63,880 nt of DNA, filler included, from Octopus bimaculoides (GCF_001194135.2; 7 parts of 7 records of this genome joined end to end with filler, not necessarily neighbours in it), one strand, 5' to 3'; shown: positions 47,951-61,589, counted from the whole stretch's first letter. Program-made: numbers and translations. The notes: a model not told the origin generated them from the sequence alone.

Positions 47951-49967
47951 ATTGCAATTGTCTAATCTATATCTGTATACATGTGCTTGCTTCTGCGCGT
48001 ACCTGGGTTTATGCGTGTGCACGCATGTGCGTGTGCATAAGTGTGTGCGTGTGTGTGCGTGTGCGTTTGTGTATACCTGCGCGCGCGCAGGTGCGTGTGT
48101 GTGTATACATATATACATACATAATACAAACATACATACATACATACATACATACATGCATACATACATAAAGCGTTTGCGTAAGTGTATTGTTGAAGTT
48201 TCTGTAATTACTGTTGATGTTGGTGTTTGGTTGTTGTGAGCGTTGTAATTATTCGACACCTTCTTCGTACTGAGTAAAGTGACCGGGTTCGGATCCGTTC
48301 AAAATATCTCTTAAATTCTTATTTACATAAACATCAGGTGTTGAAGACGTGCGGATAGAATTCATTGTCGTTGTTGTTGCTGTCGTTTCGCCTAGGGTCA
48401 GTCACCTCCTACTGAACAGACTTAACATGGATGTCGTGACTATATAACTTTGTTTCTATGAGCATACTCCAAATCTATCCACGCTGCCAATCGAAAGCAT
48501 TATTGGAATAATAAGAAACCTGCAACACCAGCATCGCCACGCCGTGCTAATACCCGTATGAGAAAGCAAAAGTACAAAGTTGTTGGTAATAGTATTTCCT
48601 GGTTAACAATATATATTACTAGACAATGTTACCAATTAAGAATGGCCTGCTGCTTATCGAATAAATAACAACATAAACAATATCAACAAATTAAGTAAGT
48701 ACGAATGCGTATAGATGTACGTACAAATACGTACACAGGGACGTACACATGTCTTTATAGGTACGTATATATGTATATGTGTATACGTTGTAAATAGGAA
48801 AACAAACGTACCAAAGTCAAAAGCAGACATTCCTTTACAATCACAAGTACGCATTATTGCAAATAGCAGCGACATTAAACTGCAGCATGCACTTAGCAAC
48901 TATATACACAGTGTTCGCGCATATGAGTTCAAACATGGTAATATAGGCAGCCATCCTCCATCTATATGCACTTACAGAAGACAAGACAATGTGGGTACCT
49001 CTACATGTCCATTCTTTATGCTAGAAAGTGCAACCAATTCTCTTTCAGACACAGATTCTTTTTAAAAAGAAACATACAGGTTATCGAAGATCTGTTTTTT
49101 GCAAGTAAGAAAAAACGGAATCTCAGAGCTGATGTGGATCTAAAAAAAAAAAAAAAAAGGAAAAAAATGAAAAACTGGAAAAGGCAATTATCGAGATCAC
49201 AGTCTATGTAAATTCAAATTTAGCGAACTTTCTCCTTCTCATCATATATGCAGCGGCGGTAGTATGCCAAAATGTTTTTTAAGAACCAATCATATATACT
49301 AGGCGAAACGTCCTATGTTATATGTCCAGTATGCTTCCACTCTGCTTAAGACGAAATTAAGCAAATGTATAATGTATTACGCTATATATTATAATGTAAC
49401 TTCTATTGTACCATCCATCATGTCATTTTTTTTTATTTAATTACTTTGTATTGACTCTTTCCAAACTAAGAAATATCGTGAATGACAATCCATACTGCAA
49501 TACTTACTGAAAATGACATCTCACTCTGCAGGGGCTCCGAGAGACACATTTATCAAGCCACATGCATAGATATATGCATAGTAAATTTTTCTGGGCCCCT
49601 TCTCATTTGCCATTTTCAGAGCAGTCAGAAGCAAATGAATTTTAAAATGTTTTCCCCAACACGGCATTGCAGACGCACTTGCTAGATACATATAAGTGAT
49701 AATTTTGGGTACAATTTTCGAACTCATTACACGAATAAATCATCTACATACATTGATTAACATGCTTCATTCATTAGCTTGTGATCATATTGAGGTACCA
49801 CGTTCGAATAATTAGGGAATGAAATTAACCTTAGAATTTATTTTTAATCTGGTGCTTATTCTAGCTGATGCTACATGGCGAAACTCTAAGTGACATAGAC
49901 ACATATGAAACTTCTCCAATGATCGAACTGCGCTAGACAGACAAAGAGACACTTACCAAAATATACA

Positions 49968-50712
49968 AACGAGGGGGGGGGGTAACCAAAAGAAACCGGA
50001 ATTTTGCAATTAGTCGTTTTTCCTTCATCTCTTACACATTTGCAAATTTAGTAGCACCAGCTTTTGTCACCATTGATTACCTTAAAAAAAAAAAAAAAAA
50101 AAATCCCGATTAACTTCCAGCTGTTCTTTCAGTTCACGACACGCATTTAGTCTTGACTGCTTTTGTTCTTCCGTGAGCAAGCGAGGCACAAATTTTGCTG
50201 CAACTCTTATAATTCGCAATATTTCACTCAAAATTCGTTGGCAGGAGCTCCAGGACGCACAAGTCATATTAACATGTTCCTCAATTGTTCGGTGACCGTC
50301 TTCCAAAATTAGTTCATGAATTTCCATGTTTTCATTCATTCGGGACGTCTACAGTCGACCTGAAGCAGATTGGTCCTCAAGTAACCATTCTCAAGGCATA
50401 AAAACTACTCGTAAACTTGTGTTTTACTCATTGCACTGTCCATCTATTTCGGCCGGGGTTTTTCCAGCAGAAAACAAAATTTCACGGAAGCACAGTGTTA
50501 CTTCGTTTCAGGCATCGCAAAAATTGACAAACAGAGAAGAAGCGCTGCAAAACCAACATGCACCTCGTGGCAGTATGACAACACCGCCTAACGCCGGTCG
50601 ACACAACGATGCCTGAGGGTCACATCAAATGGCTATTAGCAGCCGAGACCTGAACTACAACGGGCTTGTGCGACAGAGAAACTTTCCGGTTAGTTTTGGG
50701 TAACCCATCGTG
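49968..50712 (-). mobile_element. Internally deleted mariner element with both TIRs
   Basis: TIRs acgagggg..gtaaccaaaagaaaccggaa / ttccggttagttttgggtaacccatcgt; minus-strand ORF ..SWSSCQRILSEILRIIRVAAKFVPRLLTEEQKQSRLNACREL. Confidence 0.88.
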
Positions 50713-50735
50713 AGTGCTTATGTACACACACGCCA

Positions 50736-50771
<36 letters not shown>

Positions 50772-52706
50772 NNNNNNNNNNNNNNNNNNNNNNNNNNNNN
50801 NNNNNNNNNNNNNNNNNNNNNNNNNNNNNNNNNNNNNNNNNNNNNNNNNNNNNNNNNNNNNNNNNNNNNNNNNNNNNNNNNNNNNNNNNNNNNNNNNNNN
50901 NNNNNNNNNNNNNNNNNNNNNNNNNNNNNNNNNNNNNNNNNNNNNNNNNNNNNNNNNNNNNNNNNNNNNNNNNNNNNNNNNNNNNNNNNNNNNNNNNNNN
51001 NNNNNNNNNNNNNNNNNNNNNNNNNNNNNNNNNNNNNNNNNNNNNNNNNNNNNNNNNNNNNNNNNNNNNNNNNNNNNNNNNNNNNNNNNNNNNNNNNNNN
51101 NNNNNNNNNNNNNNNNNNNNNNNNNNNNNNNNNNNNNNNNNNNNNNNNNNNNNNNNNNNNNNNNNNNNNNNNNNNNNNNNNNNNNNNNNNNNNNNNNNNN
51201 NNNNNNNNNNNNNNNNNNNNNNNNNNNNNNNNNNNNNNNNNNNNNNNNNNNNNNNNNNNNNNNNNNNNNNNNNNNNNNNNNNNNNNNNNNNNNNNNNNNN
51301 NNNNNNNNNNNNNNNNNNNNNNNNNNNNNNNNNNNNNNNNNNNNNNNNNNNNNNNNNNNNNNNNNNNNNNNNNNNNNNNNNNNNNNNNNNNNNNNNNNNN
51401 ATATATACATATATATATATTATACATATATATACACACGCACATACGTATTTATATATGTATATAAACACACACACATACGTCCATTCATACATCCATT
51501 TACTAACGTGTATATCACCACGAACATACATGTATATATACGGCTAATCCTGCGTTTCTGTGCCCATCTATGTGTATGTGCCTATGTGTATTTTTGTGTC
51601 CATCTACGTACGTCTGTATCTAAGTGTATATGTGTGTATATATCTCTACACAGATCTACCTGTCCTATCATATTAAAACGTCACTTTCTATTAGCTAGAC
51701 TACATTTTTTATATTCTACATAATATGGTTGTAGGTGACTTGTTTTTTTTCTTCTATCTTTCTAGTCTAAATATTCATAATAGTATTAGCAGATTCACTT
51801 TAAACTTCGTGTCACATTTTATCGAACATTTATACAAAATCTTCTATCATTTTTTTTTACATCGATTTGACTTATAAGTTCATTATTTAACCTCTATAGG
51901 ACAAAATTATATCTTTATGCGTGCGTATATGTACAAATACTTATGTACATACATTCATACATACNNNNNNNNNNNNNNNNNNNNNNNNNNNNNNNNNNNN
52001 NNNNNNNNNNNNNNNNNNNNNNNNNNNNNNNNNNNNNNNNNNNNNNNNNNNNNNNNNNNNNNNNCATCGCCGATACTTGATTCAAACCTTGTCTGTTAGT
52101 TAGATTATATAAGTGCGAGAGTTTACTAATAAATTGCAGGTATCAATCAAACATATACAAATATATTTAGTAAAAGTTGCCTACTAGTTATTCGATGCGG
52201 AAAAGCGAAAACAGTTTTATGAGATAGCAAACAAATATGTATTATTGTATATATATATGTCTTTAAACCAAAATAGAACCCCACCTCCGTATAGAAATAT
52301 TTTTCTCCTATTATGTATTTTGTAGACGAATATAACTCTTCAACATACAATTGACTGGGATTTTCGGATTTTTAAGAGGGTTTTGCTGTTACGCGAAAAC
52401 AGACGAATTACCTTTAGACGGAAATCAAAATTATGTGAAAACTTTACTGTAGATTTTATTGTATACTGTAAATGGACTTGAGTCGGCATTTCTGAGACGC
52501 TGAGTAAGCTGATCTATAGGAAATTGGAAATATCTAAATTACATTGTTCCTTGTAAAGAAGCATATGGTTGAATGTCTCGATGTAGATTTGCACCTGAGA
52601 AGAGANNNNNNNNNNNNNNNNNNNNNNNNNNNNNNNNNNNNNNNNNNNNTTAATTAATTAANNNNNNNNNNNNNNNNNNNNNNNNNNNNNNNNNNNNNNN
52701 NNNNNA

Positions 52707-52930
52707 CTGCTGCTGGTTCCATCCTCTGAAGCATTGACAATCTTCCGCACATCCAAAACATGGCGTGGCATACCATCGACCGAGACGTTGTTCTTTGAAT
52801 TGATGGAGGTTATTGTTCCTTTTCCCCATTGTGATGTACACCGTGCATTTGGGAGTTTTACCCAAACTTCTTCCCCGACCTGCACAAAGGTGTGCTCTTC
52901 CTCTCCCCCGAGTCGCATTGCATGGATGCC
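52707..52930 (-). pseudogene. Gypsy LTR-retrotransposon pol C-terminal (post-integrase SH3-like) fragment
   Basis: VQVGEEVWVKLPNARCTSQWGKGTITSINSKNNVSVDGMPRHVLDVRKI. Confidence 0.7.
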
Positions 52931-53330
52931 TCACAGCCCATAACACCACATGTAACACCACATAATGTATGTATGCATGCATGCATATTATGTGTGCTTG
53001 TGTGTGTATATATTAGGCATACATGTGTATGTGTATATATGTATGCATGCATATGTACATGTACACATATGTGTGTGTGTGCGCATGCATGCATGCATGT
53101 ATGTATACATAATCTTGTTGTAAGTTACTTTCTTGTCTAGTGAACTTCTGAAATGGATCTGTGGAGAAATCTTTTGACTTTATTTTTTTTATCCTGTTTT
53201 AAAAGAAAAGGAAGAGGGTTGCTTACTGGCAAAAGGAAATGTCTTTTATTTCTTGTTTTCCCCCTTTTTTTTTTTACTTTCTTCTCCTGCTCGCCCCCCT
53301 CGCTACTTTCCCAACACACACACACACTCG

Positions 53331-53424
<94 letters not shown>

Positions 53425-54164
53425 CTCTCTCTCTCTCTCTGTCTCTTTCTCTCTGTCTCTCTCTCTTACTCACTCACACTTGTGTAAGATAATTCCTCAC
53501 ATAATTTTTTCATCAGTTTCTCCTTACTAGGTCACATAATCCTTTTAAACACCACATGTGCTAGATTATAGACGCTGTTGTTTTAAACCGACCACAAAAA
53601 AAAAAACGGCTTTTAATAAAATACAAAACAATACAAAGAAACAAATAAACAAACAAAAGCAGAGAATTCAAAGGGAGACAACTTGCCACGCACGCATACA
53701 CACACACACACACACACACACACTGACAAACATAGACGTACACACGTACGCATACACCAGCTATTTTCCCCATGGCTTCACTGTACTTGAACCCTAAACC
53801 CTGTAATTATCAATTAACCATGCAGCTAAACTGCTTTATCTGGCACCTTATTTCCTTTGGCATTATTCTTAGACACTCGTTACATGACCACCAAATTAAA
53901 ATACTGACTGGAATTGTTTTATTTATTTATTTGTTTTTGTGGTGAACTTTTTAAAAATTCTTTTTATTTAGCAACTTGAAGCTTTAAGAAATTGTTCTCT
54001 TGCTGGTTTCATTGAACTGCGACCATGCTGGGGCACTGCCTTGAAGGGCCTTAGTTGGTCAAATCTCACCCCACCCCACCTCTGTACATATTTTATGACT
54101 GGTACTTATTCCATTGGTTGGTTTTTGTTGAACTACTAAGTTACAGGGACATAAACCAATCAAT

Positions 54165-54657
54165 ATTCTTTTCTACTCTAGGCACAAGGCCCGAAAATTT
54201 TGTGGAGGAGGCCGTTCGATTAGATTGATCCCAGTACGCAACTGGTACTTAATTTATCGACCCCGAAAGGGTGAAAGGCAAAGGGTAATTTTTCAGATTA
54301 ACACCTGCACGATTTCCACTAGGGTGTTAGGGTTTTAGGGTTAGTGTTACGGTTTTAGGGTCGGGGTTAGGGTTTTAGGGTTAGGTTTAGTGTTAGAGTT
54401 AGGGTTTAGGGTTAGTGTTAGGGTTACAGTTTTAGGGTCAGGGTTAAGGTTTTAGGGTTAGGGTTTAGGATTAGGGTTAGTGTTAGAGTTAGGATTAGGG
54501 TTTTAGGGTTAGGGTTAGGTAACCGTGCAGGTGTTAATCTGAAAAATTACCAGGCAAAGTTGACCTTGGCGGAATTTGAACTCAGAATGTAAAGACAGAC
54601 GAAATACTGCTATTCATTTCTCCCGGCGTGCTAACGTTTCTGCCAGCTCGTTGCCTT
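54165..54657 (-). mobile_element. SINE-B split by a telomeric-repeat MITE
   Basis: Halves 54165-54283 and 54552-54657 rejoin to gaaaggcaaagttgacc after removing the insertion and one TSD copy. Confidence 0.92.
54284..54551. mobile_element. Merlin-like MITE (268 bp) filled with TTAGGG variants
   Basis: Perfect 28-bp TIRs ggtaatttttcagattaacacctgcacg; perfect 8-bp TSD aggcaaag (54276-54283, 54552-54559); interior ttagggtt/ttagggtttt/ttagtg repeats on one strand. Confidence 0.92.
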
Positions 54658-54884
54658 ATAAACAAACCGATATTGATTCTCGAGTTGTAGTGAAAGGAAA
54701 ACGCAAATACTAAATGCATGCACACACACATCTGCACCCACAAAACAAATTCCCTCATAAGGCTTTGGTTGGCCCAGGGCCCCAGTGTTATATAGTGTAG
54801 AAGACAGAGTGTTGGGCACTGGACCCAAACCATGTGGTTGTGAAGTGAGAGGTTCTTAACCATATAGCTATGTATATGCCTTCC

Positions 54885-55465
54885 TTTTGAGCGTTGAGCC
54901 TCACTAAGGCAAAGATTGAGTCCATTTGGCATTATGCTGTACTTGAGAAGACCCATGGCAGATACCAGTGTCACACAAATGGCACGTGTGCTGAAGGCAT
55001 GTAAAAAGCACCTTTTGAGTGTTGAGTCTCACGGAGGCAATGACCAAGATCTTTGGCATTAAAAGGACCCAACTAGCCAAGTAAAATCGCAGTTGTGGCA
55101 GATAGCGATGTCACGCAAATAGCACCCATGCCAGTGGCATGTAAAAGTACCTTTCCATGGCCCATAAAAGCACCTCTTGAGTGTTAGGTTTCATGGAGGC
55201 AATCACCGAGATCTTTGGCATTATGTTATGCTTGAGAAGAAGACCCAACCAGCCAGGTAAAATTGCAGTTGTGGCAGATACCGGTGTCATGCAAATGGCA
55301 CCCATTACACTCTCTGGGTAGTTGGTGTTAGGAAGGACATCCTACTGTAGAAACCATGTCAAAAGAAACTGGGGTCTGGTGCAGCCTTCTAGCTTGCCAG
55401 CCCTGGTCAAACCATTCCAGCATGGACAATGGATGCTAAATAATGATGATGATGATGATAATGAT
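54885..55465 (+). mobile_element. Repeat-D with three internal 130-160-bp tandem units and (GAT)n tail
   Basis: Units begin ttttgag(c/t)gttgag at about 54885, 55013 and 55173; tail ggatgctaaataatgatgatgat. Confidence 0.7.
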
Positions 55466-55639
55466 GATGAATTAAATTTTGTTTTAAAATATTGTTTCAA
55501 AATTTGTCACAAGGTCAGCAATTTCAGGGGAGGGAGTAAGTTGATTACATCAACCTCAGTGCATAACTGGTACTTATATTGTTGACTCTAAAAGCTGACC
55601 TAAGCTGAATTTGAATTACTTCCCCCTGGCAGTCTAATG

Positions 55640-55870
55640 GTAGTGGTGGGAGGAGTAGCTTTGTCTTGCAAGTTACTTGGTGACCCCACTGGTGCTGGTG
55701 TCATATAAAAATAGCACCCTATACACTTCATAAAGTGGATGGCATTAGGAAGGGCATCCAGCTGTAGAAACCATGCCAAAGCAGGCACTGGAGCTTGGCA
55801 TAGTCCTTTGGTTTGCCAGCTCCTGTCAAACAGTCCAACCCATTCCAGCATGGAAAATGGTGGTGATTTA
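55640..55870 (+). mobile_element. Repeat-D, CpG-eroded copy
   Basis: ggcattaggaagggcatccagctgtagaaaccatgccaaa..gtccaacccattccagcatggaaaatgg. Confidence 0.75.
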
Positions 55871-57192
55871 ATTTCAAACTTTTGTAAATGTTTGAGTATC
55901 TCCTGATCATTCTGTAGAAGGAAGGGGCTTGGTCCATACCATGAAGGCTCAGTACTTGATTGGTAGTTTTTTTTATTAACCCTTGAGGGATAAAAGCGAA
56001 TATTTACCTTGAAATCAAAGAGACAGCCAATACTGCAGAGTATTTTTTCTCAATGATTTTATGATTCTGCCAGTTTGACAGATTTATTATTGGTGAGTAA
56101 AATATAGATTGTCTGACATTAGTGATTCTCTCAAGTCTATTGATTATGGCGATGAGGTGAAATAACTATGGCTGAGTTGCAAACCCTGCTTGCTGAATAA
56201 GGGGATGACGTTTTCTATTCTATAATACTCAACAGTGGCTTATAATAAAGATTTAGAAACATAATTACTGTATTTGATGGCATAAAAGACACACAAACAT
56301 AAGATGAATTCCAATTTCAGCAGAGCATATTCAGGAAAAAACAGAAAGAAAATCTAATGTATTAAAGCATGTAACATTTAAAGCATTTTTGCATATAGGA
56401 CTCAGGGTGGTATTTTGGAGACTTTTTTTTGGTAAAAAAAATAAGGCATTTTATGTATCATCAAATATGGTAATCTTATTCAAATGCTGTATATTATTAA
56501 TTCTCTGTGTGGTAATGAAATCTTTTTTGTGGGGTCTTTAAAATCATAAGTTCACCTATTAAGTCACTTTATGTCTAATCAGTTATGTACTCCTTTTGAC
56601 TAACCTGTCAAAGAAACTAATGTCTCTATATTTAAGGAGTGGGACATTTAGTGTTGTGCAGGTGAACCAGACATCATGAAATGGTTATTTTACCATAGAT
56701 TCTTGTACTTGGTATCAACTTTTGACGATTATTCTCCTGTATAGCAGGTAAGGTAAGGAGGGCAGTTATTGGATCTTATCATTGATTTTATTTTTATAAC
56801 ATAAAGCTGATATCTCCTTCACTTTCTCTCTCTCTCTTTCTCCCTCCCACTCTCTCAATACCAGTCTGTAGCAAGTTTTTCCAGTCTACATAACCAGATT
56901 ACATTTCACTTTCAGCCCTGCAGCCATTGAAATACATCCTGTCTACTACAATGGTGACTTGTCCTGTCCCCAAAGCATTAATGTATGGTTAAATAAACTG
57001 ATCTGGCTCCTGATTCACTCATAGTTAAGCGTCTTTCCAGGATCACAAACCAACCTGATTTGAGGATTTGCAAATTGCTAAACCCTTCAGTTGTTTGAGC
57101 AACATGCTTACAAATCAGCTAGAAACCCCCTCCCTCCATCTATCCATCCACCCCTATATACATGCACTTCTACATGTCTGTTTCTATGTGTG

Positions 57193-57245
<53 letters not shown>

Positions 57246-57427
57246 GTGTGTGAATGTGTGTGTTACTCTTAAACAAGAATAATATTGACAGTGACTTTGA
57301 AGTTTTGGTCAGCTAAATCATGGTCTAATGATGGCTTAGCTGGTCAAAATTTTAAGAATAATAAATGTGTACAAAAGCATGGAGTGACTCATTACATTAA
57401 TGTCAAATTGTTTTTATCATAACTAAA

Positions 57428-57995
57428 CTGTATGGTAAGAAGCTTGCTTCCCAACTACATGGTTCCGGGTTCTGTTCCACTGCACGGCACATTGGGCAAG
57501 TGTCTTCTACTATAGCCTTGGGATGACCAAAACCTTGTGAGTGAATTTGGTAGATGGAAACTGAAAGAAGCCCCTCGTATATATGTATAATATGTGTGTG
57601 TCTGTGTTTCTCCTCCACCATCGCTTGACAACCAATGCTGGTCTGTTTATAACTCCTGTAATCTAGCGGTTCGGCAGAAGAGACCAATAGAATAAGGACT
57701 AGGCTTAAAAAAAAAAAATCCTGAGGTTGATTTGTTCAACTAAAACCCTTCAATGTGGTGCCCCAGAATGGCTGTAGTCAAATGATTAAATCAAGTAAAA
57801 AGATAGTATATATATATTATTTGTTTCAGTTATTTGACTGTGGCCATGCTGGAGCACTGGCTTTAGTTGAACAAATTGACCCCAGGACTTATTCTTTGTA
57901 AGCCAGGTACTTATTCTATCAGTCTCTTTTGCCAAACCGCTAAGGTAAGGGGATGTAAACACCAACATCTGTTAAGCGATGGTGGGGGGACATAC
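57428..57995. mobile_element. SINE-A (plus, 57428-57803) tail-to-tail with a SINE-A tail (minus, 57820-57995)
   Basis: Colinear with 26284-26700, with several CpG>TpG/CpA changes (cttgggatgacc, tagatgg, aaccaatgc). Confidence 0.85.
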
Positions 57996-58019
57996 ATACA
58001 TATATATATATATGGGAGA

Positions 58020-58200
58020 ATATACGAAAAAACAACAACAGACGAGGACAGGTGGTGTAAATAACAAAAGGATGTATTAGTATGACGCTCGGGAATACGG
58101 AAAGTCTTTGACGTTTCGAGCTACGCTCTTCAACAGAAAGAATACGGAGACAAGGAGAAAAACACGGAGAAAAAAAATTGAATAGTGTCCAGTCAACGGT
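58020..58200 (-). mobile_element. Probable Penelope-derived short repeat (terminal-repeat-like)
   Basis: The minus strand contains ctttctgttgaagagcgtagctcgaaacgtcaaaga, a PLE-terminal-repeat-like variant hammerhead core. Confidence 0.4.
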
Positions 58201-59006
58201 CAATCATAATAATGGCTGATCATAACAATGGCTGACCGGAAGTTAGAAATTCTTTTTTCAGGAGAGCTAAGAAAAGGGGGAGATAACAAACGGTGATCGA
58301 AGAACGAGGGGCTGTGTGTGGGAGATAGAATGCTGNNNNNNNNNNNNNNNNNNNNNNNNNNNNNNNNNNNNNNNNNNNNTTAATTAATTAANNNNNNNNN
58401 NNNNNNNNNNNNNNNNNNNNNNNNNNNNNNNNNNNATATATATATATATAGCTACCATTATCTTATTTTTTTCCATGAATAGAATAATTTTTTGTACAGT
58501 TGGTCTTATTATTTTTTGGCTCTTCGCTCTCGTGGAGATTTTACTTGAAGGCAAGCTTCAAGTGGAATATAGCTGCAGGGTTTCAAAGCTGAGTTGCACC
58601 CGTAGAAAGCAAAATGATAATATGAATGTAAGGTTAAGAATTAATTAAGGTGAGCCACATCTCGGCAAGGAGACAATTAAAACACCTGCGACATAACCGT
58701 TTTTTTCACGTCTCAGCCTCGACAGAACTCCAACGGAGATCCGAAGTACCATGCGGTGTCATACCGAGGTTTACTGCAATGCACTGCATTAGATCGCCCT
58801 ACATCATATTGTGACCCTTTAGGCCATACTACAACACATAATGCATCACATTAGGTTATACTACAATGGCATGATGTATACGTCAGTTGTACCTCAGTGT
58901 ATAACGCTACGCCATACTCCACTCATCTGCGTCTCACGACTGTGCGCCTCAATGTGGATGACTGACACAATTAAAAGTATAACGACATACCTACATAGAT
59001 AGATAA

Positions 59007-59070
<64 letters not shown>

Positions 59071-59837
59071 ATAGATGATGGATGGATGGATAGATAGATA
59101 GATAGATAGATAGACAGACAGATGGATAAATATTAAAGACGGTGCACCAACATGACACGGACCTTTGTAACAACAATACCAGAATTCGTAGAAAGCATAG
59201 CACACACACACACGCGCATGGTATATTTTACAAGGTTTTAAATCTTTCGAAATCTGAAAATCTCTTCAACAAACAGCCTGTAACTTCCTCCATATTATTT
59301 GGAAACATCTCGTAAAAGCCATTCTATGTAAAACATGAAACAGGAGCCTTTATCTTCAGAGCTGTTGTTTACCATTCTTACGGTTTAATCTGGCGAACCA
59401 ACGGTGCCAAAGTAGCACTTTGTGTTATTTTGGAATCTTAACATTCGTCTTAATACCATTTTCGAACACCCACCCTTAGATTTGCATACGCGAACGCACA
59501 CAGAGGCTCACGCAAACAGACGTACGTATGTACACATAGAGTCATTTACCATTCCGTCATGCCATCCGCCATCGTAAATTCTTGCCTTCCGCTATTAGCA
59601 TCAATTCTTCACTTCTCATACCTTCTCCTCCCTCTCACTCATCCTCTCTCTTCTTCTTCTTCTTCTTCTTCTTCTTACACTACGACACCTCGATAATCCG
59701 GACTTTTCCTCCCAACTCACGCTACGGAAAACAATTCTTCCCCATTCTTCGCTGTATGACAGTCGCCATATTTTTTCCTGATCATGTCATTTCTTCGTTA
59801 TCCTCGTAATCTTCTTCCTTTGTGTGTATGTGTGAGA

Positions 59838-59879
<42 letters not shown>

Positions 59880-60150
59880 NNNNNNNNNNNNNNNNNNNNN
59901 NNNNNNNNNNNNNNNNNNNNNNNNNNNNNNNNNNNNNNNNNNNNNNNNNNNNNNNNNNNNNNNNNNNNNNNNNNNNNNNNNNNNNNNNNNNNNNNNNNNN
60001 NNNNNNNNNNNNNNNNNNNNNNNNNNNNNNNNNNNNNNNNNNNNNNNNNNNNNNNNNNNNNNNNNNNNNNNNNNNNNNNNNNNNNNNNNNNNNNNNNNNN
60101 NNNNNNNNNNNNNNNNNNNNNNNNNNNNNNNNNNNNNNNNNNNNNNNNNN

Positions 60151-60201
<51 letters not shown>

Positions 60202-60499
60202 CACACGCACACATACATACACACACACATATACATGTATAATGATATACGTTATACATATATGTGTATATACACATATATATATGCACTGATCGTCAGT
60301 GTAATCAAAGCTGTAACTTATCACAATGAACATACAGCTCTCTTCACCTGCCCACCACCTCCGAAATCATGGATATTGACCCAGTAATCAAAGGAACGTG
60401 GTAGGAATGGTTTGTCGGTCCCTACATTCTCTACATGGTTGGGTACACCAGTGGGATGGCTACATGTCAGGAAGGATTATGTGGTTTTAAAGACTGCCT

Positions 60500-60722
60500 C
60501 AGCCAGCTTGTTGCCGTTATGTTGTTGCTGCTGTCGCTGCTGTTGTCGCCCATGTTGCATCTTTTGTTGTGGTTGCTGTTGCTGCTGTTCTCGCTTTTAG
60601 TGCTTTTGACGGAGGTCAGAGGTGGATTAATGGCGCGGTGAATAGTTTTAAATGTCTGTCAGAGAGGGCTTGTTGTTATTGTTGTTGCTACCACTGTTGT
60701 TGTTACTATTGTTATTGATAAC

Positions 60723-60769
<47 letters not shown>

Positions 60770-61030
60770 CGACGACGATGATGATGATGATGATCAAAAT
60801 CATACCAGCCAGCCGTGTTATTATGGAGAGAACTGACTGCTATTTCTAGGAGACAGGATGACTACAATTTGTTAAGGAAACTGGCTTAAAGGTCTTTTTT
60901 TTCTTTCTATTTGGACATATACAACCACAACCACCACCACGACCACCATCATCATCATCACCAACAACAGCAGCGTCACTGTCACTACCACCATCACCCC
61001 CACAACAACAACCACCACCACCACCATCGA
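60500..61030. repeat. GTT/GCT/GAT/CAC low-complexity tracts
   Basis: Direct reading. Confidence 0.9.
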
Positions 61031-61589
61031 GATTATGTAAACGAGTGTGTATGTATATATGTGAGTGCGTACGAGTGCGAGTACATGTGTAATGGCTATA
61101 TATATATATAAATATACATATATATATATNNNNNNNNNNNNNNNNNNNNNNNNNNNNNNNNNNNNNNNNNNNNNNNNNNNNNNNNNNNNNNNNNNNNNNN
61201 NNNNNNNNNNNNNNNNNNNNNNNNNNNNNNNNNNNNNNNNNNNNNNNNNNNNNNNNNNNNNNNNNNNNNNNNNNNNNNNNNNNNNNNNNNNNNNNNNNNN
61301 NNNNNNNNNNNNNNNNNNNNNNNNNNNNNNNNNNNNNNNNNNNNNNNNNNNNNNNNNNNNNNNNNNNNNNNNNNNNNNNNNNNNNNNNNNNNNNNNNNNN
61401 NNNNNNNNNNNNNNNNNNNNNNNNNNNNNNNNNNNNNNNNNNNNNNNNNNNNNNNNNNNNNNNNNNNNNNNNNNNNNNNNNNNNNNNNNNNNNNNNNNNN
61501 NNNNNNNNNNNNNNNNNNNNNNNNNNNNNNNNNNNNNNNNNNNNNNNNNNNNNNNNNNNNNNNNNNNNNNNNNNNNNNNNNNNNNNATA

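Noticed and set aside
54305-54520. True telomere, or chromosome-fusion scar at 63190-63300
   Set aside because: Both tracts are enclosed by TIRs and TSDs, so they are transposon interiors.
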